Assembly (NCBI RefSeq): GCF_900232105.1
Contig: NZ_LT934425.1
Coordinates: 1,290,001 to 1,322,000 of the forward strand
Reading direction: 5' to 3'
DNA: 32,000 bases
DNA from: Candidatus Kuenenia stuttgartensis
GTDB lineage: Bacteria; Planctomycetota; Brocadiia; Brocadiales; Brocadiaceae
The notes below the pieces were generated by a model. That model ran no database searches. It saw only the letters and a list, made by a program, of their open reading frames with translations, and was not told the DNA's origin. This document shows positions 1-8,572 of the stretch, piece after piece; position 1 is the stretch's first letter; every line of letters starts with the position of its first letter. Both the position numbers and the translations under genes were made by a program.

Positions 1-6
1 GGTTTT

Positions 7-1344
7 CTACTGAAAAACTACATCCAGTGACATGCGTTCCCACTTTTCCCATTCCTCCTGATGGAGAAATTTCTCCGGCAATTTTAATGTCATCTGCCGG
101 CTTCTCTCCACCAGTTTCCCTGCCACACGGATTAACCACAGTCTCATCGTCTTTACTTCCCACTGTTGTATCACTCCACCACTGAGCAATCCCATCCACT
201 TCAAAAGATTATACGCTAACACCGCACACTGAAATAGCGCAGCATTGGCCAAAAATTCACCCGTACGTATGTGCCCCGCATTCATCTGTCCTTTACTCTC
301 TTCTATCAAAGTCTCGCAGGTAGCCCTCTTTCCATAACAACGATGCGCTTCCATCGGACTTAACCGCTCCGTTGTAACGTAACAAAAATACTCATACACG
401 GACACTTCTACTAATTTCTTTTCTCTTTTGACCAATTGCCGCACTGCCACAAAACGTCTCGCACGATCCCACCCTGCACATCGATACCAAAATTCAGCCT
501 GTTCCCATCCTGGCTCCCCTTTCACCTCATTCCATTTCTGCCCTTCAAGCAATCCTTCCAGATTCTTCAGCTTTACCTTAATCAGATATCCCGCCAATAT
601 TGACTCAAGGTATTCAAGTAATTCTCCGGTAAAAAAACCGCTGTCTCCTCGAAATACCACCCTTACCCCCTTATTCATGTACGCCATACATTCCTTCATG
701 AACTCTACTACTCCGTTACTCGTGTAGGCGCTTCCACAGCGGAACCAACTATGTAATACCTCCTTTGTTTCTGCAATAAATGCCATTAAGGGATGATACG
801 CCTTCTGCCCCTTCTTGTGCGGATTATATCCTACCTCTGCACCCTCCTGTTTCCCATATACACCATCTACGGTAGAATCAACATCTATCCATACTTCGCA
901 AAGAGCACTCCTGAGTTTATGGCCTGATCTCACCGCACGCTTCCATATCTTTCCCCTAAACCGGTGGATCACCCCCGTCAGTTCCACTATATCTCCCTGA
1001 CTCGCCAGCTTCATAATACGTCCTATCGTAGTATCTACAGGTACCTCTTTCCACCCGGACATCTTCTTCAATACCTCATCTGTACACACCTTCATCACCT
1101 CTACCATCGATGTCGCCCCTGCTATCAACCCTATCACTACCATTTGTACCGCATCGACAAACTGATACCGGGCATTTGCTCCACGATCCTTATGGACCGC
1201 TTCATGGACTCTCTCCCGGAACATCAGCTTACCCATAAAATTCAATACCGGTAAAAGCCCTGCATGTACCGTTAAGCCTTTCCCGCTCATCTCTGCCTTG
1301 ATTTTCGGTTGTCTTTTGCTGTATTTTTTTGCTATATTCTTCAT
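7..1344 (-). CDS. DDE transposase, IS4 superfamily (IS1380-like)
   Basis: 445-aa ORF. Candidate catalytic contexts are WIDVDST and VVFRGDSGF. It also has the Y-x2-R-x3-E-x6-K signature (YGKRATCETLIEESK) characteristic of IS4/IS1380-type transposases. A spot count gives about 48% GC, above neighbouring genes. Confidence 0.85.
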   Translation of the reverse strand: MKNIAKKYSKRQPKIKAEMSGKGLTVHAGLLPVLNFMGKLMFRERVHEAVHKDRGANARYQFVDAVQMVVIGLIAGATSMVEVMKVCTDEVLKKMSGWKEVPVDTTIGRIMKLASQGDIVELTGVIHRFRGKIWKRAVRSGHKLRSALCEVWIDVDSTVDGVYGKQEGAEVGYNPHKKGQKAYHPLMAFIAETKEVLHSWFRCGSAYTSNGVVEFMKECMAYMNKGVRVVFRGDSGFFTGELLEYLESILAGYLIKVKLKNLEGLLEGQKWNEVKGEPGWEQAEFWYRCAGWDRARRFVAVRQLVKREKKLVEVSVYEYFCYVTTERLSPMEAHRCYGKRATCETLIEESKGQMNAGHIRTGEFLANAALFQCAVLAYNLLKWMGLLSGGVIQQWEVKTMRLWLIRVAGKLVERSRQMTLKLPEKFLHQEEWEKWERMSLDVVFQ

Positions 1345-1428
1345 CGAAATGGTGAATCTCCTTTCAGGTGTTTTTTGTTATCAATATACCGCCGAATACC
1401 TTGGAAATCCTACCATTTCAATCCTATT

Positions 1429-1458
1429 CCTGCAACAAGGCTTTGCCTTGTTTGCAGG
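1429..1458 (-). other. Hairpin in the transposase upstream region (13-bp stem with one bulge, 3-nt loop)
   Basis: CCTGCAACAAGGC-ttt-GCCTTGTTTGCAGG read directly from the sequence. It lies about 85 nt upstream of the transposase start, where IS elements often carry structures that limit read-through expression. Confidence 0.5.
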
Positions 1459-1527
1459 ATTTAGGTTCAATGTAAAAGAATAGAGGCAAATGAGCAACAA
1501 TTTGAGAATTGAATATTGAACATTTGA

Positions 1528-1585
1528 CCCAGTTTGCGGAACTTGGGAAAGAGCATTCTGCTTTTTCAAAAAACTAAAATATTAC
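1528..1585. repeat. PAL element copy 1 (truncated right half of a dispersed palindromic intergenic repeat)
   Basis: CTTGGGAAAGAGCA..TTTTTCAAAAAACTAAAATATTAC aligns to the right half of the full copy at 22208..22258 (CTTGGGAATGAGCA..TTTTCAAAAAAACTAAAG..GTGTTAC). The left half is missing and replaced by IS-proximal sequence. Confidence 0.6.
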
Positions 1586-1591
1586 GGATTT

Positions 1592-2155
1592 TTAATGTCC
1601 CTTGATTAATGCCATAACTTCTGCACGGGTGGCGGGGTTATCGCGAAATATGCCCCTTACCACGGAGGTCAGCACCTTTGTGCCGGGTTTTTTTATTCCT
1701 CGCATGGTCATGCAGAGATGCTCTGCTTCAATAATGACGAGAACACCCTTGGGTTTTAATGCCTTCATGATAGATTCGGCAATATCTGTCGTAAGCCTTT
1801 CCTGTACCTGTGGCCGCCTTGCTTCAATATTAACCACTCTGGCAAGCTTACTGATGCCTGTTACCCTGTTCCCCTGGGGGATATAGGCAACATGGGAAAC
1901 TCCGCTGAAAGGAAGGAGGTGGTGTTCACACATGGAATAAAAAGGTATGTCTTTTAAAAGAACTATTTCGTCGTATTTTTCAGATTTTAATACCTTAATT
2001 ACAGAGTGAGAATCCTGCCCGATACCTGCAAATATCTCTTCGCACATTTCGGCAACCCTTTCAGGTGTTTCCTGCAATCCTTCACGGTTGGGATCTTCTC
2101 CGATGCCTTCTATAAATAAACGTATAGCAGCCTGAATTTTTTCCTTATCTATCAA
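1592..2155 (-). CDS. folE: GTP cyclohydrolase I (FolE)
   Basis: 187 aa with typical FolE blocks ([26 protein letters not shown]). TTG start is preceded by AGGAG at 7-nt spacing. Confidence 0.93.
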   Translation of the reverse strand: MIDKEKIQAAIRLFIEGIGEDPNREGLQETPERVAEMCEEIFAGIGQDSHSVIKVLKSEKYDEIVLLKDIPFYSMCEHHLLPFSGVSHVAYIPQGNRVTGISKLARVVNIEARRPQVQERLTTDIAESIMKALKPKGVLVIIEAEHLCMTMRGIKKPGTKVLTSVVRGIFRDNPATRAEVMALIKGH

Positions 2156-2166
2156 AAAAAGCTCCT

Positions 2167-3036
2167 TTATGACAATAATCCATAATCTTCTAATACAGTC
2201 TTTAGTCTTTCCTCATTTTCTTTCGTTATCTCGCACAGTGGCAAACGCATCTCACCGTTTAGCCTCCCTAATAATTTCATAGCCGTCTTGACAGGAATGG
2301 GATTTGTCTCGATAAACATCCCTTTGCATAACGGAAAGAGCTTGTAGTGGTATTCCAACGCCTTTCCGAAATTGCCTTCTAAGCAATGCCTGACGAGAGC
2401 GGCGGTATCGGACGGGGCTATATTGGCGGTTACCGATATTACCCCTTTCCCTCCCACGGACATAATAGGGAGGATAAGGGAATCTTCTCCGGAAAGAACT
2501 GTTATATTGCACAGTTGCGATATTTTAGTTGCCTGATCGATATTTCCGCTAGCATCTTTTATTGCAACAATGTTTTTCATTTCAGCAAGCCTTGCCACGG
2601 TTTCGGGCAAAATAGAAATACCCGTCCTGGAAGGTACATTATATATTACAATGGGAATATCAACCTCTTCTGCTATTGCTTTATAATGCCGGTAAAGCCC
2701 TTCAGGGGTCGGTTTATTATAATAAGGAGTAATGACCAACGCGCCGTCTGCCCCTGTTTTTCTGGCATGTTTTGTCAAATGGATGGCTTCTTTGGTATTG
2801 TTCGAACCCGCTCCCGCGATAACGGGTATTCTGCCGGATACATAATTTACCACCTCGCTTACCACCTGTTCATGTTCTTCAAAAGAAAGCGTTGCGGCCT
2901 CGCCGGTTGTGCCGCAGGGAACGATTCCATTTGTTCCGTTCTCAATATGAAATTCAACAAGCTCTTTTAATTTTTTATAATCAACTTGCCCATTATTAAA
3001 GGGGGTTACCAAGGCCACAAGGGAACCTTTAAACAT
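2167..3036 (-). CDS. dapA: 4-hydroxy-tetrahydrodipicolinate synthase (DapA)
   Basis: N-terminal VALVTPF....[13 protein letters not shown] and ..AIKDASGN.. motifs. I chose the ATG at 3036 (AGGAG 7 nt upstream) over the ORF-track TTG at 3042. Confidence 0.92.
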   Translation of the reverse strand: MFKGSLVALVTPFNNGQVDYKKLKELVEFHIENGTNGIVPCGTTGEAATLSFEEHEQVVSEVVNYVSGRIPVIAGAGSNNTKEAIHLTKHARKTGADGALVITPYYNKPTPEGLYRHYKAIAEEVDIPIVIYNVPSRTGISILPETVARLAEMKNIVAIKDASGNIDQATKISQLCNITVLSGEDSLILPIMSVGGKGVISVTANIAPSDTAALVRHCLEGNFGKALEYHYKLFPLCKGMFIETNPIPVKTAMKLLGRLNGEMRLPLCEITKENEERLKTVLEDYGLLS

Positions 3037-3166
3037 AATCAAGCTCCTTTTTCAGAAATAACAAAAACACAATTATGGTACGCAAGAAATAACGCTTTCT
3101 ACCTTTTGAAATGCAATCGTTTATTTAAGTCAGGCCTTCGGCGAAAATTCCTATATAAATTACAGG

Positions 3167-3916
3167 TTAGTCCAACGAAGTCCCCGGCTTTGCCATACTG
3201 TGCCTGAAAATCAAATCCTTCATTTCCTGCACGGCTTTTTTTATTCCGACAAAAACAGATCGGGAAACGATGCTATGCCCGATATGCAACTCTTCTACAT
3301 CCAGTGATTCCACGATATGTCCAACATTTTGATAAGTTAACCCATGCCCTGCATTTACCCTTAAACCTAAACCATGCGCAATCTTAATGCCTTGTCTGAG
3401 TTTTTCCGTCCATTTCGCCCTTAAGTTCACATCCTTCGCATTTGCGTAATTACCTGTATGCAGTTCTATAAACTGTGACCCAACCTCTTTTGCAGCAATA
3501 ATCTGTTCTTCTTCAGGATCTATAAAAAGACTTATCAATATGCCTGCATCGGCAAGTCGTTTTACCACCCTGCCAATAACACTTTTTTGTGACGCCACAT
3601 CAAGTCCGCCCTCGGTGGTAACCTCTTGCCTTTTTTCAGGTACGAGGGCGACCTGTTCGGGTTTTGTTTTAATTGCTATGTCTACAATTTCATCCGCAAT
3701 GGACATCTCAAGGTTTAGTTTGGTAAAAACCGTTTCCCTGAGTAATAGTATATCCCGGTCTTGTATGTGCCTTCTGTCTTCTCTCAAATGAACGGTAATA
3801 ATATCTGCGCCGCCAAGAATTGCAAAAGAGGCGGCAGTCACAGGATCTGGTTCATACGTCTTTCTTGCCTGACGGAGGGTAGCAACGTGGTCGATGTTTA
3901 CTCCTAACTTTATCAT
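3167..3916 (-). CDS. pdxJ: Pyridoxine 5'-phosphate synthase (PdxJ)
   Basis: LGVNIDHVATLRQAR...HLREDRRHI...NAGHGL pattern. ATGA overlap with the upstream gene stop. Confidence 0.92.
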   Translation of the reverse strand: MIKLGVNIDHVATLRQARKTYEPDPVTAASFAILGGADIITVHLREDRRHIQDRDILLLRETVFTKLNLEMSIADEIVDIAIKTKPEQVALVPEKRQEVTTEGGLDVASQKSVIGRVVKRLADAGILISLFIDPEEEQIIAAKEVGSQFIELHTGNYANAKDVNLRAKWTEKLRQGIKIAHGLGLRVNAGHGLTYQNVGHIVESLDVEELHIGHSIVSRSVFVGIKKAVQEMKDLIFRHSMAKPGTSLD

Positions 3917-4923
3917 TGTTTTCCGCTTTCTGAAGGGTTCTCCCTTTCCCTGATATCAAGGTGGGCATCGGGCAATTTATCAACAATTTCAAGGTTTTTG
4001 CTTAAATGGCATTTAATCGGCTGTTTGTAGGGTCCCGGGGGTTTTAATGAAGTAACATCAACATAGGGCAAGATATCCTCCGGATTCAGCTTTTCCAGCA
4101 AAAGCTTTGAACCTTTTATTTTTATATTGACGTACTCATCTCTCAATTTAATAACATACGGATAATTATCCGGCATCAGTATTTTTATTTTTAACTTTTC
4201 TATAACCCTGGTTTCCTGTTTTTCCACCACTTGCAGCCACATGCGTATATCCTGATCGCAGACAACTGGTACCGTAATGCTTTTATCTCCATGTTTAACG
4301 GTTACTTTTTGATCAATCTCAATTCGCCAGGGAAAGGTGCGGTTTTGTTCAACGGTAATACCTCCAATATCGACTGGTATCGTGTTGATGGAGACAACCT
4401 CTTTTAAAGCATTCAAAGGGCCTTCAACTTCTACCTCGGCGGGAAAAACAAATTCATTCGCAATGGTATATCCGATAGCAGGCTCCCCCTTTTTTTGCAA
4501 ATTAACCTTAAGCCTTTTTTTTTGCAATTTTCCCAGTAAGATGCTTACTTTTTCAGGGTAAACGGATATTAATTTGACGGAATTAGGCAAGCCGAGATGC
4601 TCTCTGCCAATAATTACCGTCTGTTTGATTTGATCCTCAATTCCCTCCGGAGATTCCTGGATAACGTATTTTGCATGAACTTTTTGGTCTTTGATCAGAC
4701 CCTTCGTAGTTTCAATCACATTTTGAGGGCCTCTGAGATGCACCACAATATCTTCCGCACTTTGCTCAAGCACCGTAATTCCTGTTGGGACAGAAACTGA
4801 TAGCCTCACAACCTCTGTCAAATCTTCCGTATGCCTGTTAATTGCATACAGCCAGAGGGCGATTGCCATCACTAATGCCATAAATTTTGTGAGAAGATTG
4901 CCGGTAATTATTTCTTTAATCAC
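3913..4923 (-). CDS. cdaR: YbbR-domain protein (CdaR-like regulator of diadenylate cyclase)
   Basis: N-terminal TM helix followed by repeated beta-rich YbbR-like segments. It lies immediately downstream of cdaA, as in the conserved cdaA-cdaR pair. GTG start. Confidence 0.75.
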   Translation of the reverse strand: MIKEIITGNLLTKFMALVMAIALWLYAINRHTEDLTEVVRLSVSVPTGITVLEQSAEDIVVHLRGPQNVIETTKGLIKDQKVHAKYVIQESPEGIEDQIKQTVIIGREHLGLPNSVKLISVYPEKVSILLGKLQKKRLKVNLQKKGEPAIGYTIANEFVFPAEVEVEGPLNALKEVVSINTIPVDIGGITVEQNRTFPWRIEIDQKVTVKHGDKSITVPVVCDQDIRMWLQVVEKQETRVIEKLKIKILMPDNYPYVIKLRDEYVNIKIKGSKLLLEKLNPEDILPYVDVTSLKPPGPYKQPIKCHLSKNLEIVDKLPDAHLDIRERENPSESGKQ

Positions 4924-4925
4924 GA

Positions 4926-5747
4926 CTATTTAGTCCTGGAAAGGCTAAACTTTTCAGAGGATAGTTCATTCAGAATCTTTTTCAATTCTTTGTCATCAAC
5001 CCCACGGTTCAATGTCCCTTTGTATGTCACAGACACATTGCCCGTCTCCTCAGATACCACAATCACAATTGCGTCCGTTTCCTCTGTAAGCCCGACAGCC
5101 GCCCGGTGACGTGTTCCCAGCTCTTTTGATAATTCTTTATTTCCGGTAAGCGGCAACAAACATCCGGCAGCGCTTATTTTCTGCTCCTGAATAATCACCG
5201 CACCATCGTGCAATGGAGAACCTGGCCAGAAGATAGAGCATAGCAGTTCACTGGTGGCATCAGCATTTAGTTTAATCCCGGTTTCTGCAAAGTTGTTCAG
5301 GCCTGCTTCCCTTTCTATAGCAATAAGAGCGCCTATTCTCTTTTTTGATAAAATGCCGACAGCCTTAAGTATTTCATCAACTACCCGGTAATCAGGTTTT
5401 GCCATTACGCTGAAAACAGGGCTCTGACCAAGCCTAAACAATGCACGCCGGAATTCCGGTTGAAATAAAATAATCATTGGCACAATAAACACCGGCACAA
5501 ATTCCGTTACCAGCCAATTGATTGTATATAATTGCAGTTTCCTTATAAAAAACAATATACCTACGGAGATTAAAACAATAATAAACGCCACACCTCTTAA
5601 AATGCTTGTACCACTAGTACCCTGCATGATTCTGAGAACGGCATAAAGCATTATATAAATAAGAAATATCTCCCCCGCTGACCGTAGAATCATACGCCCG
5701 CTGATATCTCCGAATAATATTGACAGGTTTTCTAACATCTTAAGCAT
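4926..5747 (-). CDS. cdaA: Diadenylate cyclase CdaA (c-di-AMP synthase)
   Basis: Three N-terminal TM helices plus a DAC domain (GALIAIE...HDGAVII...GTRHRAAVGLTEETDAIVIVVSEETG). The start could alternatively be M4 at 5738. Confidence 0.9.
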   Translation of the reverse strand: MLKMLENLSILFGDISGRMILRSAGEIFLIYIMLYAVLRIMQGTSGTSILRGVAFIIVLISVGILFFIRKLQLYTINWLVTEFVPVFIVPMIILFQPEFRRALFRLGQSPVFSVMAKPDYRVVDEILKAVGILSKKRIGALIAIEREAGLNNFAETGIKLNADATSELLCSIFWPGSPLHDGAVIIQEQKISAAGCLLPLTGNKELSKELGTRHRAAVGLTEETDAIVIVVSEETGNVSVTYKGTLNRGVDDKELKKILNELSSEKFSLSRTK

Positions 5748-6579
5748 TCCTTATCGCATCGCATATTGTTGCCACATGGACAGCAGCTTTCACATCATGT
5801 ACCCGTATGATATTTGCGCCATTCATAATTGACACGGCAAGGGTGGCAAGCGTTCCGTATAACCGCTCCTGTGCCGAAACATTCAATAGCGCTCCAATAA
5901 AATTTTTCCGTGATGTGCCTATTAACAAAGGATATCCCATTCCCTTAAACTCGTATAGCTTTTTCAGTATTTCAAGATTTTGCTGCATAGTCTTGCCAAA
6001 ACCTATCCCCGGATCCAAAATTATTTTACTTTTCTCAATTCCTGCTTCCATTGCGGTAGAAATGGATCTCTTCAAACAGGACATTATTTCCGGAAACAGA
6101 TCTTTACATATGGGATTTTTTTGCATTGTCAGGGGAGATCCTTTTTTATGCATTATGACAACAGGCACTCTTGCCCCGGCAATGACCTTTGACATGTTTT
6201 CATCGTCAATCAAACCGCCAATGTCATTTACCATTGACGCACCCTCTTCAATTGCTCTCTTTGCTACAACTGCCTTGTATGTATCGATGGAGATAGGTTT
6301 ATTGATCTCTTTTGATAGTATCTTTATCAGCGGAATCACCCTCTTTAATTCTTCTTCCTCAGATATCGGGCTCGCCCCAGGTCTGGTAGATTCACCGCCA
6401 ACATCAATAATATCCGCTCCTTCTTCTATCATCTTATGCGCATGATCAATCGCCTCTTCGGGAACAAAATGCTTGTTGCCATCATAAAAGGAGTCGGGCG
6501 TTATATTCAAGACACCCATAATGTGCGTTTTCCCGCCCAGGCACAACTTTCCCCGAGGGTAATCAATTTCAAAATACAC
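5740..6579 (-). CDS. folP: Dihydropteroate synthase (FolP)
   Basis: IMGVLNITPDSFYDG, DVGGESTRPGA and DPGIGFGK motifs. I trimmed the start to the GTG at 6579 (GAGGA 8 nt upstream, product about 279 aa, which is typical). The ORF-track extension to 6696 is translation of heptamer tandem repeats. Confidence 0.88.
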   Translation of the reverse strand: MYFEIDYPRGKLCLGGKTHIMGVLNITPDSFYDGNKHFVPEEAIDHAHKMIEEGADIIDVGGESTRPGASPISEEEELKRVIPLIKILSKEINKPISIDTYKAVVAKRAIEEGASMVNDIGGLIDDENMSKVIAGARVPVVIMHKKGSPLTMQKNPICKDLFPEIMSCLKRSISTAMEAGIEKSKIILDPGIGFGKTMQQNLEILKKLYEFKGMGYPLLIGTSRKNFIGALLNVSAQERLYGTLATLAVSIMNGANIIRVHDVKAAVHVATICDAIRNA

Positions 6580-6588
6580 GAAAACAAT

Positions 6589-6623
6589 CCTCAGTCCCCA
6601 GTCCCCAGTCCCCAGTCCCCAAT
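6589..6623. repeat. Heptanucleotide tandem array 1: CCTCAGT, (CCCCAGT)x3, CCCCAAT
   Basis: Read directly. Five contiguous 7-nt units lie 10 nt upstream of the proposed folP start. Confidence 0.95.
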
Positions 6624-6631
6624 CTGCAATT

Positions 6632-6669
6632 TGCCGACTGCCGACTGCCGACTGCCGACTGCCGACTGC
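6632..6669. repeat. Heptanucleotide tandem array 2: (TGCCGAC)x5 plus a partial unit
   Basis: Read directly. It is separated from array 1 by 8 nt (6624..6631). Confidence 0.95.
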
Positions 6670-6757
6670 ATAAGGAACCATTAAATATTTTGCCAAAAGT
6701 GCGAAGAAATTACTGATAAAGTACTATATTATGGTTTTTGGGTGAACCACGGAACAC

Positions 6758-6801
6758 ACGGAATACGCGGAAAGAAGAAAATAAACTTCCGTGTATTCCG
6801 T
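6758..6801. repeat. Subterminal hairpin (15-bp stem with one mismatch, 14-nt loop) at the left end of the candidate element
   Basis: ACGGAATACGCGGAA-N14-TTCCGTGTATTCCGT. No U-run follows on the minus strand, so it is not a canonical intrinsic terminator. Confidence 0.7.
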
Positions 6802-6840
6802 ACTACTATCCATCAATTTCTTGTTTTTTATGCGTGTTTT

Positions 6841-8397
6841 TCATGCCGCCATTTCCGTAAGTGCTTTAATATCAAGGGCTGAAGCGGTCATCAGTGAACA
6901 AGAGAACTTCTGGCCTTTCTCCGTCAAAACATAGCGGTTGGCCCTCGGAACTTTGCGGATTAGACCGTGTGCCCGCAGCATCTTTATCCGTCGGGTCGTT
7001 CGTCCGGAATATTTCTTTTGCTGATCCTTGCCGGATTGTTCGGATTCCCGGTAAAGCCACTTACGCAAATCATGGTTGCGGAATCCATTTATCGCGTTTT
7101 CGCCTTTGGACAGGAACATCAGCATCTGGTAATCATCCTGCTGCCAGGGATTCAAACCTCGATACCTCTTGCCCTCTTTGACAACCTTGTTACAAGCGCT
7201 GCTCACCACTTCTTTCAGTTTCTCCTCTACCTGAGCCGCCGCCAAAGCATCCCCATAACGATCATTGCATTGTTGGCTCACCTCACACCGTCGATGAAGA
7301 TCGCTTACGCCCTTACGCATCTTCTGCCATGACGCCGGTTTGCCTTCATCATCATTGGGACTCCGAAAGACCTTAAAGTCCCGCGTATTATTGATCGTTG
7401 TCTCAATACGCAAGAGACTACCGCTCTTGTTATACATCTTCACTGAATTATAATTCACACTGTGCTTGACCCGTATACCTTCATAGCGTCTTCGATAGTC
7501 GCTGATAACCTCATCAGGGGCAGCGCCTGCAAGGTTACGCCTACCCAAATACTTCATCACCGAAGAACTGTCGCAAACCCGCATCGCATGATGAACAAAC
7601 GATGGAAACAACTCCTCCAATGCCTCAACCGATTTAAACATGATGTCCGTCGCCCACTCCGTCTCATCCGCAGACCAGTAATACTCCGGTTCCAACGGAC
7701 GAAGAATCTGCGACAATGCCGGGCAACTGCCCAACGCAAGCCCGTTCAGCAGCTTCGCCCAGTCAGTCTTAAGCTGCTCATGGAGCAGAACCTGCGCAGC
7801 CGCAATATCCTCTATACGCACAAAACAGTTGCCGTCCTTAACATAATCAATACCTTGCTTCTGAAGTTGCCGCTCCAGCCAATGACGACCATTGAGACAA
7901 ATGAAAATATTAAACGGCGCCCAACTCTGGATACGAACATGACCAAAACCAAACACTGGATCGTTAAAATAATGATACACAAAGACACACTTGCGGGGCG
8001 CCATTACCAACTCGAGCTTCTTGCTGGCCTTGTTGCCCTTGACCATCGGCGCAATACAAGGCTCTACCACACTCAACAGGCAGATGGAACCTTCCGTAAT
8101 CCTCTTATCCGCCGCGATCTGGCGAGCCAACTTCTCCTTATCAACACCGCTGCTCATCAAATACCGCACCTCGATACCCAAATCTTTCGCCCGCGATTCA
8201 CAACTGTCTCGCACCTGTGCCGTAAGCCCATTGACCCAACCGGAAAAATCCTTAAGCAGAATTCTCGCTTGGTTCATGAATGTTCCCATCCCACGCTCAC
8301 TGGCCAACCACCGCAATGTCCCGCGAAAACGAATCCTGTCCAGACCGCTTATTGCACCCACGATCCTGTCTCGATATAATTCCATCAACTTATTCAT
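6841..8397 (-). CDS. Hypothetical 518-aa protein with a C-terminal winged-helix-like segment; family not recognised
   Basis: Long uninterrupted ORF with GGAGGA 8 nt upstream of the ATG. The C-terminus (RRIKMLRAHGLIRKVPRANRYVLTEKG) looks like a wHTH recognition region. I cannot identify a catalytic motif with confidence. Confidence 0.8.
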   Translation of the reverse strand: MNKLMELYRDRIVGAISGLDRIRFRGTLRWLASERGMGTFMNQARILLKDFSGWVNGLTAQVRDSCESRAKDLGIEVRYLMSSGVDKEKLARQIAADKRITEGSICLLSVVEPCIAPMVKGNKASKKLELVMAPRKCVFVYHYFNDPVFGFGHVRIQSWAPFNIFICLNGRHWLERQLQKQGIDYVKDGNCFVRIEDIAAAQVLLHEQLKTDWAKLLNGLALGSCPALSQILRPLEPEYYWSADETEWATDIMFKSVEALEELFPSFVHHAMRVCDSSSVMKYLGRRNLAGAAPDEVISDYRRRYEGIRVKHSVNYNSVKMYNKSGSLLRIETTINNTRDFKVFRSPNDDEGKPASWQKMRKGVSDLHRRCEVSQQCNDRYGDALAAAQVEEKLKEVVSSACNKVVKEGKRYRGLNPWQQDDYQMLMFLSKGENAINGFRNHDLRKWLYRESEQSGKDQQKKYSGRTTRRIKMLRAHGLIRKVPRANRYVLTEKGQKFSCSLMTASALDIKALTEMAA

Positions 8398-8572
8398 AAG
8401 TAGTGTCCTCCAAATTGTCTGATTACTATTTACGAGGATACTACTATACTTTATAATAAACTAAAAATCACCTTTTTGGTTGCGGCCAAAGGCCGCGCTA
8501 GGTGTTCCGTGGTCTAAATCTTTAATTTTGCAATTCTCCAAGTTGCCTGTTTATCAAACCATGTCTTTTGTG

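Larger units (their letters stand above)
1..1527 (-). mobile_element. Partial insertion sequence (IS4 superfamily, IS1380-like); the distal end lies outside the window and the right boundary is approximate
   Basis: Contains the DDE transposase ORF 7..1344. Its stop codon is 6 nt from the window edge, so the far IS end is not visible. The transposase-proximal side carries a hairpin at 1429..1458. I placed the boundary where similarity to the dispersed palindromic repeat resumes (1528). No terminal IR pair can be verified in-window. Confidence 0.45.
6746..8513 (-). mobile_element. Candidate unclassified mobile element: GC-rich 1768-bp insertion bounded by perfect 12-bp inverted repeats, carrying a single ORF
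   Basis: ACCACGGAACAC at 6746..6757 and its exact reverse complement GTGTTCCGTGGT at 8502..8513. The 9-mer ACGGAAYAC recurs four times, all at the two ends (6749+, 6758+, 6793-, 8502-). A spot count gives about 55% GC versus about 32-40% in the flanks. It interrupts an otherwise contiguous housekeeping string. No target-site duplication was recognised. Confidence 0.45.

Noticed and set aside
428-1254. Plus-strand ORFs 428-727, 815-1000 and 964-1254
   Set aside because: They are antisense shadows of the transposase gene. The products are low-complexity and Pro/Ser/His-rich, with no RBS.
3043-3166. Possible lysine riboswitch or terminator between pdxJ and dapA
   Set aside because: There is only a 3-bp GCC/GGC hairpin. 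No L-box-like conserved helices were recognised.
5807-6445. 212-aa plus-strand ORF (also 2386-2970, 7462-8379, 23647-24414, 25987-26658 and similar)
   Set aside because: Each lies entirely antisense to a well-supported gene with recognisable family motifs. The translated sequences are compositionally biased and have no motifs.
6589-6669. Possibility that the tandem arrays are a CRISPR array
   Set aside because: The units are only 7 nt and contiguous, with no spacers. No cas genes are present in the window.
6580-6696. N-terminal extension of the folP ORF (ORF track starts at 6696)
   Set aside because: The extension is the translation of two heptamer tandem arrays (7-aa periodic AVGSRQS / DWGLGTG). 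A GTG with a good SD at 6579 gives a normal-length DHPS.
8472-8500. 15-nt exact inverted match CTTTTTGGTTGCGGC (8472-8486) to 11324-11338, with partial flanking similarity (TAGCGC.GC), each around a small GC hairpin
   Set aside because: About one exact 15-mer match is expected by chance in a 32-kb AT-biased window when both strands are considered. The extra flanking similarity is suggestive but too short to call a repeat family without a genome-wide search.
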